DNA from: Vicugna vicugna
Lineage: Eukaryota
DNA: 64,000 nucleotides
Assembly: GCA_013265495.1 (NCBI GenBank)
Contig: MU058009.1
Span: forward strand, 1,242,001-1,306,000
Direction of reading: 5' to 3'
The notes under the pieces were generated by a model, which saw only the letters and a program-made list of their open reading frames with translations, was not told where the DNA came from and made no database searches. This document shows positions 50,536-63,712 of this stretch, one piece after another; positions within the stretch are counted from its first letter, which is position 1; each line of letters begins with the position of its first letter. The translations under genes and the position numbers were made by a program.

Positions 50536-53500
50536 TTGTAACAGAGATACTATGTATTGACTCTTGGCTACTATATTAGTTGTGTGAAAATGTTTCCATT
50601 TTATTGAAGTTTTTCCAATATCCCTCACAGGCTGTGGAAACACTAACTGAGTGAGTTCTCCGTCAGTCATTTTAAACACACGAGCTCAGGTGCATGGCTT
50701 CTGGAAGCGGCATCACCGGTCCTCAGTTACCAGCCCGTCCGGGGACAGTCCCAGCGCACACGCAGCACACCACACGCTCGACTTCTCCCCAGGCCCAACC
50801 CCACAGTTGGGAAGAGGGCACCGACTTCTCCACCAATTCCACGCTGCGCTTTACTCATCAGCCAGCAAAACAAAAGCCACACTTCCGGTTCCGTTTTGTT
50901 CACTAAAGTCGGTTCCATAAATAGTCAGGGGATCCTCAGACTCAGCTTGAAGGAGTTTATCCCAGTCTTCAGACAAGGGACGGTCACTGCAGTTAAATGA
51001 GGAGCGACGTGAGCAGCGCTGTGACGTCCAAACCAGCTTCCGGGAACTGCAGACCCTCTCATCTCGGCTTCCGTCTTGGGTAGAGAGGGAGGTGCTTTAC
51101 GTCCGAACGTGCCCCCAGCCTCCGCCATCTATTAATGCTGCAGAGAGACATTAAATAAGGCGTCCTTAAAGAAACACGATCCTTGGCAGCATGAGGCAAG
51201 ACAAGCAAATACACAAAATCGTTCAATAAACGCTAAGCACTCCCTCTGGCACAAAACTATGCCTTGCTGATACTGGCTAAGAATGGAAATTCGCCAAATT
51301 CAGTAAGATGGGGTTGGACTGGAGAGCTCAGAGGTCTCCAAGTGCACTTTTAATATTTCATGTATGTAACTTACTATTCCTATTACTGCTACTACAAATA
51401 CAAATGCTACTCATAATAATAATTCTGAAATAAATATGGTAAAGTGTAGCCAGTGACGCTGGTTATTGTCCCCACTTCTCAGGGTGTCCGTGGATTCATG
51501 ATTTTTTTTTTTAACAACAAAAAGGGTTAACGTAAAAAAATGGCTTGTGTGACATAGTAGAAATTGGAGGCACACATTTGAATTCTGATTCTGCAGCCCA
51601 ATAGGTAATTACTCTTGTCAATCCTTCATGTCTATCTACAAAAATCTGTATCTATTAAAAACAAAACCTATAAAATTGGCTACTTCATTACCTGCCTCAA
51701 AAAATATTTTACAGCTATAAAAAGTTAGTGCAAGAATCTAGCACAATGCCCAACATAGTAAAGTCTCATGAAATATTAATTTTATCTGAAAAATAGTATT
51801 GCTAATAGGTATTGTTATCTTTGTGGTGACTTGTACACACAGCCAGATGAACTGCGTTGACAGTGGATTTCTAACGCACCTGGTGACAATGAGCTGCGTA
51901 TGGAAATGACCCAGCAGTGACACACACTGACCAAGAAAAGTGGAGAGAGAGATTAGAGTTGATTTGTGGCCACAGCAGTGGAGTTTGAGAGTGTTAAATG
52001 GATCCTAGTACCTGCTTTAGTCATGCTTGGTAAAGGCTAGATGAGATTTCTCAGATGCAAACAAATTGACAGACGTACACGGAGGGTGGACAATTCCTGT
52101 TAAAACCAGAATAAATTTAAACTATAAGAGAAATGAAGGTTAAAATGTATTTTAAAGTCAAATTTAAATGACTGTCGGAGGAGGTGATTTATGTGAAAAT
52201 ACTGTAAAAATTACAAAATGCCGCTGTGGTGTCAGACGTGCTTGTGGCTCTTCCCGCTGTGGTCTCCACCGTCACTGACACTGTGTCCTGTGGTGCCACC
52301 CCCGGCTGGCTGCAGCCCCCCCCCCCGCCCCGGGAGGGGCTCCGCTCCATCATGTTTGGGGGCCACGGCTCCTCGTTGTAGAGAAAGTCCCGCCCATCGC
52401 CCCCCTGGAGACAGTTGAAGGGACATCGTCTACTGAATCCAGCTACACATCTCACCATGAGAGAGATGGCAGCGGGCTGGCTCTTTTCCACTTCCACCCA
52501 ATATGGAAGAGATGGTTATAAATACAGCAAGAGAGATGTAAGTTCAGAATTTAAAAAAAAAAAAAGAAGAAGAAGAAGAATTTCCTGCTGGTTATGCATG
52601 GAAACAGGTTACCGAGGGAAACAGAGCTATGTCTTTCCTAAGGGATGGTCAGAAACAGCTTCCTGCCCGTCTTCAGATGTTCAGAAGGAAAGCTCTTAGG
52701 GGTAGGGCTTGCTGAAGAGGGGCGATTTCAGGGGTCTGTTCAAATCCCAAGGCAGTACTATTATGAATTGTCATCTGTTCATCAAGTCAAGATGGGCTTC
52801 TGGTCGAGACACTTAGAAGTGCCTCAGTTCCTTGTCTCCTCATGTTGCCTTACATGGTTAATGCCATTTTGAAAATATCTTCAGTTCTGGAAATTGTCGA
52901 ATACATTGGGAATGAAAACATTGAAAAAAAATTCAACTATTTCAGGTAATAAAGAAATCAATATTGGATTTCTCTGTTTTGAACTGCCGTTTCGCTTTTT
53001 TCTTTCTCTCGCCCAGACCGTTCTTGGCGCAGGCTGGGGCACGTTCATTTGCTTTATTCACCCAAAATATAGGATTTGATGTTTCCTTCCGCATACAACT
53101 TCCTACCCGCATCTCCTACCCTTCTGAAGGCTGTGAAGCCGTTCTCTGCTTCCTTATCCTTTCAACCCGTCCTGGAAAGTTGTTTCCCCTTTCGTTAAGA
53201 GGTATAAAAATGTCAGTGCCACTGAAAATACAATATCTCTATTCTCATTGTCTGTGAGGCAGGATGTGGGGAGGGTGTGAAGTGTCAGTCATGTCAGATT
53301 TTGCTTCCTGCTTCCTAATCAATCCAATATGGGTGGACAAGTCCCTTGCCATGCCCCAGCCTTTCCAAGGAGATCTTGCTTCTAATCTGACCTGGGCTGC
53401 GCTCAGTTTGGCTACCCAGGGATGGCGTGAACAGTACCTGGCGATACCCCTCCCCGTCACCCACATCCTGGCCCCTCTTCCATTTTGAGGGTTGTGAAAA

Positions 53501-53984
53501 TGAAGGAAATTTGTTACGACGGATTCCCGTGGCTTGAGAGCTGCTTGCTGAATGATTTCATAGTCTAGCTATTAGCTGTGAAGAAATGTGATGCCATCCT
53601 TACGTATCTGGTTTTAGTTGGGAGGGAAAGGCTCAGATGACAGCCTCCAGAGAGGCAGAGGGGAATGGAGAGTAAACGTTTGCATTCTGGGGACTCAGTC
53701 TGATGATTTAAGAGGGCGATCAGGTGGCGTATTTACAGAGCTGATCTTGGGGTTTTATGCTCCCACTGCTTCTACTCGCAGTACGTGTGCCAGGTGAGAA
53801 GTGACCCTGGCGAGTCGCCATGTTCGTCCAGGTGGAGGGAGCTGGTGGGGAGAGAATGAACAGCTTTTCCACTAGTTCATCTGCCCCGGCCGAGGGTCTA
53901 ATGCTGGCTCTGACAACGAGAAGCCGGGGCTCTTGGGTTTAGGTCCCATCCCCACAGCAATGGGTGGTCTTGAGGCAAAAAACT

Positions 53985-54165
53985 GTCACAGTTAAGAGGC
54001 TGGGCTCTGGGATCAGGCTGAGGAATGCTCTGTGACTTTGTGAAAATGAACCTCATGCCCTCAGTTTCCTGAACCGTAAAAGGAAGCTAATCATTGTATC
54101 TAAATGAGAAAATGTATGAACTGTGCTAAGCATGGTGTTTAACACGGGAAAACTGCTCAAAATGA
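53985..54165 (+). mobile_element. MIR SINE
   Basis: gttaagaggctgggctctggg...ctgtgtgactttg...cctcagtttcctgaaccgtaaaagg. Confidence 0.7.
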
Positions 54166-54519
54166 GAAACATAAAGACCATAGGAAACAAAATAGAGACG
54201 TGTCTGAAAGAATTTCTCGATTCCACACATGTTTATTGAATATCTATTATGAATGAATACGTGCCCGTGGTATTTTGAAAGAGAGCAGGGCGTCCCGCCC
54301 CGGGTACGAATGTTCTCATCCGTCAGACAGAATGCAGTTGAAATCTCCAGCTACTGAAATCCTGAGAGCTTAGGGACTCGGGAAAGGGAGTAATTACTGT
54401 AAATTGGAGTAAGGAATCTCGTGAAATATTTAAAATAGTCAGAGAAAATTAGACGTGTTGTGGTATTTCATGAAAATTATTAGAAACAATGGTTACCGAG
54501 GAAAAGAGAAGGCGAGCCG

Positions 54520-54710
54520 GAAACTGCGGACTCCGTTCTGGTGGCTTTGTCCTCCTCTTCTGCGTGGGCCTGGGACTTCATCTCCCCTCACTTCATTCGA
54601 GTTTCCGCATCTGTAAAATCAATGTTAAGCTATAGCTCGTGGATTTTGTGAGCGTCAGGCAAGACAACACACATAGAAGTGCCTGGATTTGGTCTTGCGC
54701 TGGGGAACAT
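54520..54710 (+). mobile_element. MIR SINE fragment
   Basis: gagtttccgcatctgtaaaat...ggattttgtgag. Confidence 0.55.
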
Positions 54711-55299
54711 TTCAAGGGGTAAATAGGAAGAGAATAGAAAGTGTGTGGTCGCGCCTGCCACGTGGTTCTCACACTCTCCCTCTTTTTCGCACAGGGCTAT
54801 AGCCTCCCTCGTTTGACTCCCTTGCTTCCCGTGCTGTTTGAGTGGAAAAGAGCAGATTCATCTGGTTGAAAGGCTGTCGTAAGTCTGCCACGGTGACCCG
54901 CCGGACACCATGTTAGTCGCTTCTCCCGAGTCATTGAGCTGCCTCCTGGATGCTCTGGACCAGAGCTGCCGTCAGCGACGGTCCAAGGGCTGGGGCCCAG
55001 GACGCGCCGCACGGAAGGTCTCACCTCTGCCCTTGACTCTGCAAGTTTCACCAGGTGACCCTGGTTAAAGCGTCCTCCACCTCTTTCCTCCGTGTCCTGC
55101 CATGGAGATGGGGAAGCCATGGCTTCAATTACATTTTCAAAAAAAGTCTGTGATCCAGATGCTAGCCATGTGGCTGACTAAATGACACATAAATAAATAA
55201 AATCTCCATGCCTTTGTACCCTGAGTGGGGATGAGTCCAGCAGCAGAGCGTGGAAAATATACTCACTAGAGTTGAGCCAGCAACACGAGAATGCGACCA

Positions 55300-55500
55300 G
55301 TAGCTTATTGACCCTTTATTATGCACCAGGCTCTGTACTAAACTCTTCTTATTCGTTACTAAGATTTAGCCCTTAGAACACACTTCTGATCCAAACACGC
55401 GAGGCGATGAGAAGCAAGTAATTTGCTCAAGGTCAGCAGAGAATTTTTATTCACTCAGCTTTCTCTGGCCCAAAGGCCATGTTCATAACCACTCCGCTGT
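55300..55500 (-). mobile_element. MIR SINE fragment
   Basis: ttattgaccctttattatgcaccaggctctgtactaa...aagtaatttgctcaaggtcagcag. Confidence 0.6.
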
Positions 55501-57284
55501 CCGTGGAGAGAAATCTCACTGACTCACTCGAGGAGCTTGAAAACGGTTACAAGTTGGCGATGCATTTTAGGAAAGCCCGGCGCTTTGATTTAAGAAACAA
55601 AATAACTATCTCTCGTACTTTGGAGAACAATTAGCAGAGTCTGCTAGCTTGGGGGGGGGGGAGGCTTACAGCTCCAGCAGCGATACGGTGTTTTTAGATC
55701 TGACTGGGGACTCTCTTATGCAAAAATTAAGCCATTTGGAGTCGATCCAATTCAATGTATACTGCATCTTCTCAAACTTTCTTGCATTTCCTTTCTCACA
55801 TCCGCAGCAGAGAGGAAAGGCCACTTTGCCATAGCAACAAAGCCTAAAAGGTTTGGACCAGCTTTTGGGAATTCTCTCTCCGTGAATCCTGGGCACCTGT
55901 CAGGAGAGGAGACAGAAAAAGCTGTGTGTGTTTCTACACTCCCCCACCAACCCCCATTCAAAGCAGAATTTCCCATCCAAAAGAGGTTCACAATGGCCTG
56001 GAAGCAAGTCAGGCAGTTCTTTTACAGATGGAGATTGTATTCAGATGCAAATAAAAGTCTTCTAGGAATCCAGTGGTGTTCCTAGCTCTGACAGCAGCAC
56101 CCTCACCTGGGCTTTCAAATAACTCCCTTGGCTCAGCTTCTGATTCTATTAAAACGTAGACACTTGTCTGTTCCTTTCCCGAGCTTTGTTCTCAGAGCTT
56201 CAGTTTCTATTAATAGAGACTTTGGGGACAAATACCAAGAGAGGAAGAAACCACTCAAATCTGAGGCTATCTTGCTGGCCACACATCTGATCAGAAGTGT
56301 CAGTCTGGGGAGTAAAGCAGAACAGGGCATGAATAGATGTGTGATTTGTAAAAGCAACGTGGCACATGACGGCCTGTGTGACTTGTTCCGTATTTGCATG
56401 CCCTTGTGCTAAGGCATGCCTGTTACGCGTAAAGCTTGCGACACCCCAGCTAGAAGCCACCTTCTGTAAGGACAAGGGCAGAGCTCCCCTCAGCCCCAAA
56501 CACCCGAACTATGTTTTTGGTACTGAAACTTCAAAGGTGCTTCTGTTTACACTTTACTGCACCATCAGGAGCAACATAATATTCAATTTCTCCACTTTTA
56601 GTGACATTAAGATTGATGAGTAGAGTCTTTTCTTTTTCCTACCGTGGACTCATGGCATGCACACACACACACAAATCTTAAGGGATGACTGTGTCACTGA
56701 GGTCTGTGCTTCCCACAGACCCACGGGGGAGTTAGCAGAACCTTACTGCTTTAATCCTAGACTTATGAAGATGAGGATGGATGTCCCCAAAGAGGAAAGG
56801 GATGTATGCTTGTGCTGCTAGAGGAAGGGAGGACTCGTCACCACTGGTGCCTTGCTCACCACGGAGGGGCAGGTGGGGCCTGGAAGGCGCAGACGCCTGG
56901 ACTTCCCTTGCACGCCGCCTGGAGGTGCCAGGGCCTTAGCTCTGGACGATTCTCCAGGGCTTGTGGACGTGGGGCACTAAGCATTACGTCCTGGACAGCA
57001 TGGAGAGGACCCAGCGAGCCTGATTACCATCGGCATCTCTGTGTGCCCAGTGACCTGGAAGAGCCCCCACCTGCTTGCCTGTGGCACTGTGTGGCGGGAG
57101 GGCGATGGCTGGTATAAGTCCTGGGCCTCCTTGTGCATCAGCACCTGGCACCTTTGTACCGCCGTGGGAGGAACAAGGGGCACCAAAGTGATTCGTACTG
57201 GACATTATAAGGGCTTCAGTAAGTGAGGCCTTGGAACCAGCTTTGACTTGACTTGGGGAGGAGGGCACGGTTATCAGAGCAATC

Positions 57285-57705
57285 ATTTCACAATGTTTAC
57301 TATGTGCCAGGAATTGCTCTGAGAACTTACCTTTTTTATATATATTTTATTGGCATATAGTCAGTTACAGTGACAATGTTGTGTCAGTTTCTGGTGTACA
57401 GCACGGTGCTTCAGTCACACAGGAACATACATATATTCATTTTCATATTCTTTTTCACCATAAGTTGCTACAAGATACTGAATATAGTTCCCTGTGCTGT
57501 ACAGTATAAACTTGTTAATCTATTTCATATATATGAGTTAGTATCTGCAAATCACCAAGAACTTACATTTATAACAGAATTAATTCTTATGTTTTACATA
57601 TGAGGAAACTGAGGCAAGGAGAGGTTAAGTAACCATCCGAGAGAGCACACCTCGCAAGTGCAGGGCCAGGGTGTGGAGCCCAAGCAGGGCAGCTTCAGAT
57701 GCAAC
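57285..57705 (-). mobile_element. MIR SINE split by an L1 insertion
   Basis: tgtttactatgtgccagg...[L1]...ttttacatatgaggaaactgaggcaaggagaggttaagtaac. Confidence 0.75.
57335..57557 (-). mobile_element. 5'-truncated cetartiodactyl-type L1 3' end
   Basis: ttttattggcatatagtcag...acaatgttgtgtcagtttctggtgtacagc...aatatagttccctgtgctgtacagta; TSD agaacttac(c/a)ttt at 57322 and 57558; same family as 20238-20715. Confidence 0.85.
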
Positions 57706-59329
57706 ATTCATGTCCATTAGGAGCTTAAGAAAAAGAAAGGATTTATGAATGTTGGGTGATACCCTCCCTCGTTCTCCACCAAGAACCTTTTTTTTCAGGG
57801 AATATACTGATGCCTCTCTTGATTTGCCCTCAGGTACTACTGTGAATAATGCTTAATTTGATACCCACGCGCTGCATTGAATGTGGGTCATTGCTGCATC
57901 ACTCAGAGTTGGAGGGAACAACTTGCAGATACAGAGGAATGACGTCTTTCTTGTCTCTCCTCCCCTGCCCCCACATCCGTGTTCTTACTCCCAAGTCCCC
58001 TGTCTGCCCTGTCCTTGTCTAGACAGCAGAGAACAGCAGGGAGGTGGGACCGAACACTGCACTGTTCTAGCCTAGTAAATTCTGACAACCACGCGTGTCT
58101 TGCAAATAGGATTCTACCTGGCGGGATCAGAGCCTGTCAGGTCCTCAGTCCTGTTTCTTCCTCCATGCAGTGCCTGTATATTTCCTCACCCTGCTTTCCT
58201 TCACCTTCTTTCTCCCAAAATTTCCTGAATAGAAGCCAGTTCAGCCCCTGCACAGCTCAGCCGTTTCAAACACCCTCCTGCTCTCTCGCAAACAGCTTTC
58301 CTCGCAAGCCAACAGCACAGCCCAGGAGGTTTGTGGTGCTACTGGGCTGCCCCTGGACCCTGTCCAAGCCCCCAGAATCCTGGGTCCAAGCACCATCTAA
58401 TGGGATCTATGGCCACGATCTTCTCACACCTGAGCCCTCTTAGAACAGGAGGGACGTTTCTTTCTCCCTTCTTCCCACCCTGTGATTTCCACCCCATTCC
58501 CAGACTCAGTTCACAGTGTTCAACTAAAAGAAGAGTTGACGAAGATGGACAGTGTTTTCCCCAGAGATGCCTCCGCTCCCCACCTATGGCGTCTCTCTCC
58601 CCCTCCTGCACCCCCGCACCCCTCCTCCCCTCTGCCTCAGTTTGTTTTATCACCTCCATTTGGCTTTCCTTTCTTTCCGCTCCAGCATCTTCCCCTCAGA
58701 CTGACAACACTGGAACAAGGGTCTGGTAAATCCTTCAGGTTCTTCTTGGTTTTAATTCGTATCTCTTAAGTAAAAATATCATTTTTAAGAACCCGTTCAA
58801 GTCAGTTTTTGAAGTTGTGGTAAGAAGAACAGATTTGAGGGGGGTCTGAGGTGAGACAAGAGATCAGCTATAATCCAAGGAAGAGATGGTGTTGGCTTGA
58901 GGAGGCGAGGGCTGGGTACTCCAGATACGGTTAGACAGTAAGAGTTGAGGGTGATCCATATTCTCTCCAAATAAAAGCAATCCAGTCAGAGCTCGTGTCA
59001 GTCCTTCTCAGTAGCAATGAGCAATGACAATGGCATTTTCACGCAGCCACCCCCTGGAGGGGCAGGGACAGGACCAACACAGCACATGTGAATACTGAGG
59101 GAAGAGTTTTGTCCTGGTGGCAAAATAAATTTACAATTGTAAGAACATGGTCAAGGGAGAAATATTTTTTCAGTACTGCAGAATTATAACGTGCTTTCTC
59201 TGGGGAAAAAAAAAAGGAATAAAGCTTGATTCTCTTTGAGTACTTATTTCACAATTGAGTAATAAAGGGAAACAGCTAGACTGAACTCTCGCTGGTAGTC
59301 AGGCTGACCTTGAACTATAACTCACAGGA

Positions 59330-60035
59330 CAAAAGATCCGAGGAAGAGCCTCTCCAATGCCAAATCTCAGAACAGAAGGAAACACGCCACCATGAGCGAC
59401 AGCCAAAATAATAAACAGCATAAAATAGCTTAAATAATTAAATTGAGAATTTAAAACATGAATAAGAAACGATAGAAAGATTTAAGAATAACCTCACAGG
59501 AAATTATAGTAATGAAAAATTTTATTTCATTGAAATTTTATAGAATCAGTGGATATTTTAAACAGCAGATTAGACAATATTCTGGAGTCGGTGAACTGAA
59601 AAATGAATCCAGAGGAATGATCAGAATTTTATACAGACAGCAAGATATGAAGTGGGAAGATAAGGTAAGAAGATGGATGAAGGAATGAGAAGCAGGAACA
59701 AACAGCTGATTTTTTTCCTGGTCAGCTCTGTTTGTCCTTTAAATTTTAGCTTAGACCCCTCTTTGCTTATAAGCCTGCCGCAGTCCCCAGAACGGGCCGC
59801 ACGTCTCACGGATGCACGTCACAGACGTCTCTTCATGCTCCTCGTGACTACATCACTACACTGCATTTTAATTCTGTTTACTTATTCGTGTCTTTCTTTT
59901 TCTTCAGATAGGAACTCCTTGAAGGCAGAATTGCATCTTTATTCTCTGTATCCTCTATATATGCCATGAAAGACATTTCAGAAAAAAACTTTAAAGAAAT
60001 AATTACACGAATATATATAATTTTCTAAAAGGGAT
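59330..60035 (+). mobile_element. HAL1/L1 ORF1-like remnant with an embedded L2-like segment (about 59720-59965)
   Basis: atcagtggatattttaaacagcagattagaca...gtgaactgaaaaatgaatccagaggaa; ggaactccttgaaggcagaattgcatctttattctctgtatcc. Confidence 0.45.
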
Positions 60036-61549
60036 ATTTAAATGTTACAGGAGATATATGATTTGATCAAGACTTTGGCATAAATTCATGGCAGAACCAA
60101 AAATAAAAATGGCCTAACTATTGATCAATTCCCACTTTTTTTTTTGTTAAGAAATAAATTCTTTATTTCTTAATGAGACTACATGTCACACGGTTTATTC
60201 ATTTAGTCAACAAAACATTACTAAGTGTTTGATGTGTCAGGAACATAACAGTGTCTGGGAATACTTGTGGACAAGAAAGCATCCTACTTTCAAACTGGTT
60301 TCCATATTTCACAAACAGCTGTTCAGATTTCAGAAATGTGTTTTAGTTACTGAGTATCTGTTATCAAATAAAAAAAGTGAAATCAATTTGTTTCAGGGTT
60401 TTTGTAAAACAAAAATAAACTTGAAAAAATGTTTCTCTTTGACTTTTCTCTCAAGGAAACTCACTGCATGTCTCTGAAAGATTTCCTCTGGGAATGGCAG
60501 TATTACAAAGATCGCAGGGGCAGGGGGGTCCGTTGGAAAACTCTCCTATTTAAAATGAAGTACATGGGAATCAGTATGAAGAGGGTTTCCTCATTTACCC
60601 CCAAAATAAAGCTCAGTGCAATGCCATTTCCAACAAGTTATTATGAGAGTGGACTGCCTTTGGCGTCTAGCTTTTTCTCATTCTACTTTGTTTCCTTATC
60701 CCTTACTTTTTAAGCCAGAACTGATTCTGTGCAAATTTCAGCAGAGGAAGGTGTTCCTATCTTCCATTTGGAAAGGATGAGTTTTAATAGAGCATGGTCT
60801 GAGCACCAAAAGGGGTAAAGATTTTTGCCTCACAATGTAAGTATTACCTGTTCACTGGTACAACTTGTAGCCTTGCAACATCGTTAGTTTTTCTGAGGGT
60901 ACTTACACCTTTTTTTTTTTTTTTTCACTTTTGCAATCAAGGCATGTTTTTCAGGGCACAGTTTAACCTCTGAGCTATTTGGCTTCAGCCATTTGCTAAT
61001 TAATGGTTAGCCCTGGAGTCTGGTTTTCAGTAGCTTCAGGGAACATGCTTTTTACTCTTGATAAATTTACCTTCAAATCCAGACCTGAGGACGACTTATT
61101 AAAACAGTTCGCCAACTTTTCAAACCAACTTTGTTTCAGTATTTTCCAAGGAGTATAGGAGAAAAGAAAGATGTTTCTCTGCACCTATAAATAACTCTTT
61201 CACTGGGTTGGAAATATTTGTCCTGGGGAGAGTCAAGACCCAGCTGATTTCACTTCATTTTCCTGTTCAAGGATGAAGTCAGAGGTTAATATCTTGGGCA
61301 ATTTCTACCTGAAAAGTACTAAGGGGAATGAAATTGCTCTCCCCGGAGCAGGAGGATCTGGGTCTAATATAACTTAAAGATCTGAATGCTCGCTTTGGAG
61401 TTATCAAGAGTCTTTTGAGAAGAAAGTGTATCATCTTAATTGCATGTTACACAATGCTCTTGGAGTTTATATTCCAAAGAAGACAGTAGCTCATTAAAAA
61501 TATATTATAATATAATTTGAGGTGGTGATACATGCTGACCATGAACAAA

Positions 61550-63000
61550 GAATGTACAAGCAAGGTAAGTATGTACAAAGTTAATAAAAGCCAGATAACA
61601 GGGAAAAAGGGTAGCAGAGCGTCAGGAGTGGAGGGGAGGCTGTATGAAAATAATGTCAAGGGAAGATTCTAGAGGGAATCCTGAGAGAGAACCTGCTGCA
61701 GAGAAGAAGGCAGCCATGCAAGGATTTGGGTTGAATACATCAGACAGAAGAACACAAATGTAAAGGCTGCAAAATGAGCATAGATTTAGCATATCCAAGA
61801 AAAATCCAGAAGGCTAGTGTTGCTGGAACATAATGAAGAAGTGAAATACTAAGAGACACAGGTGAGAGACAGGTCATAGAGTGTCTTCTCGTCCATCGTT
61901 AAGAATTCGCACCTAAGGTATAAGAGGGAGCCACTGGAGGATTTTATGAAGGAAAGAAACATAAAGGATGCTCATTTTTAAGAAATAAGTGTGCTTGCTG
62001 CGTGTAGGAAGAGCTGTGGGGAGTTGCTAGTGGGGGCGGGTGGACCAGGAAGGGCCTGATGGCACAGACATCTGGGTGGGAAGCAAGTCGGACAGCGCGA
62101 CCCGGGCTGAGGACACGGCTGCGGGGTGCTAAGCTGTAGGAGACGTAATGAGACAGCCTGCAGCACTTGCTGATGGATTCGATTCCGAGAATAAGAGGAC
62201 GTTTGCGGCCTGAGCCATTGGAAGAATGAGGGAAATGTTTCCTGATTTGGAAGCAATAGAGCAAAAAGCAAGTGTAGAAGGAAAAAATAAAATGAAAGAC
62301 TTTTTTTGTTAGATTAGTCTGATATACCTATTTGACAGCCAAGTGGAGATGTCAAGGAACCAGTTTAATTTCCAAGCTCGAATTCATGATGGTGCGCAGG
62401 GCTAGCAGTGTCCCTCCGGGAGCCATCACCCCAGAGATGGTGCATAAAGTCAGCTTGCCGAGGGAAAGAGAAAATGAGTGTAAGGAACAGCAGACTCGGA
62501 GCCGACCTGGGAGCAGTCCAGCTCTTCCCAGTCAGGAAGAGAAGGGGAGGCAGCAAAGAAAAGTTGGACAGAATGGATAGCGAGCCGGAAGAGAAGCCAG
62601 GCAAGTGGGGTGTTTCTGAGTCAAATGAAGATAGTTCTTTAAGGAGGAGCGGTCCCATGTCAAATGCTGCATAAAAACTGAGTAAAATGAAGATAATTGA
62701 TCACTGGATCTGGTGAGATGAGTGTCTTTAGTGACCTTGACAAAAGCAGTCTCAACACAGTGGTGGGAAGAAGTCTTGATTAGAATGGGATAGTGAGTGG
62801 ATGTATTTTAAGGACGTGGTGGCAACAAATACAGATGAAGATTTTTGATGTGAAGTCAGGAGAGGAATGAAGCAGGACAGAGGCAGTGGGGTTTAGCAGG
62901 GGTTTAGCAGGGGTCAGGGAGGATTCTGGCTTTTGAGACGGAAGCAATTCCAGCCTGGGGTATCGAAGGAATGAACAATTCAAAGAGGAGAAAGATTGGC
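61550..63000 (-). mobile_element. L2 LINE fragment
   Basis: gggagccactggagggatttt; ccaagtggagatgtcaagg; gtcaaatgctgc...gagtaaaatgaaga...tagtgaccttgacaaaagcagt. Confidence 0.8.
62888..62919 (+). other. Canonical G-quadruplex motif containing an 11-bp tandem duplication
   Basis: GGGG-tttagca-GGGG-tttagca-GGGG-tca-GGG. Confidence 0.6.
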
Positions 63001-63693
63001 TGTTAATTTGGGGAGAAAAATCCCTTCAGAAGGCAAGGGTGGGTGGGGTCCTGTGCATGTGTGGGGAGAGTGACAGAGGGAAGGACTGATTCCAGGAGCA
63101 AAGCCGAGGCGTCAAAGCCAGGAGAAGCCCCTTCACAGGGAGGGCAGGGGAGGCGCGGCCCCAGCCACAGGCTCCTGTCTTTGCAGTAAACTGAAAAGCT
63201 AAGCCAACCCCAGAAGCCAGAGCAAGACGGAAAGTGAAAGCACAGCGTTCCCATGCGTTAGGAGAAGGCAGTGCAGGGGAGGAGAGGCGAGTTTCCCCTC
63301 TACCCGCCCGGGTTCTCCAACTGGTGCCTTGTTGGAGAAAAAGCATGAGAAAACAAGCAGAAGTTTACTAACACAGCCGTCCTGCGTGCTCAGAGGCGTG
63401 CTCAGGGATGAGCAACTCAAAGGGATGGTTAGAACTCGGGGCTTACATAGCATTTTAAAAAAACAACGATTTTGTAGAGAAGTAACAGACAAAAGAAGTC
63501 TTCGGCTTTTAGATGGCATGCTGTGGAAAGGCAAATGTGTAGGGGAATGGATGGAAGACAAGGCCGCCTTGTAAGGGTCGCTGTGCAGATCTGTGGGTTG
63601 CCAAGGGACTCTGGTTGCCTCTAGTGATTCACTTCTGTCCTTCCTGGTAGAGTGGGGAGCGGGGACACCTTTACAAATTGATGCCCTTCATTC

Positions 63694-63712
63694 AGGCCAC
63701 CAGGGGGAAGGG
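63694..63712 (+). promoter_or_regulatory. CTCF-like motif (moderate match)
   Basis: aggCCACCAGGGGGaag; good core, 3' end off-consensus. Confidence 0.3.

Noticed and set aside
52546..52583. Poly(A)/GAA tract flanked by agaattt, resembling a tail-only retro-insertion
   Set aside because: A 7-bp AT-rich repeat is too short to distinguish from simple-repeat slippage
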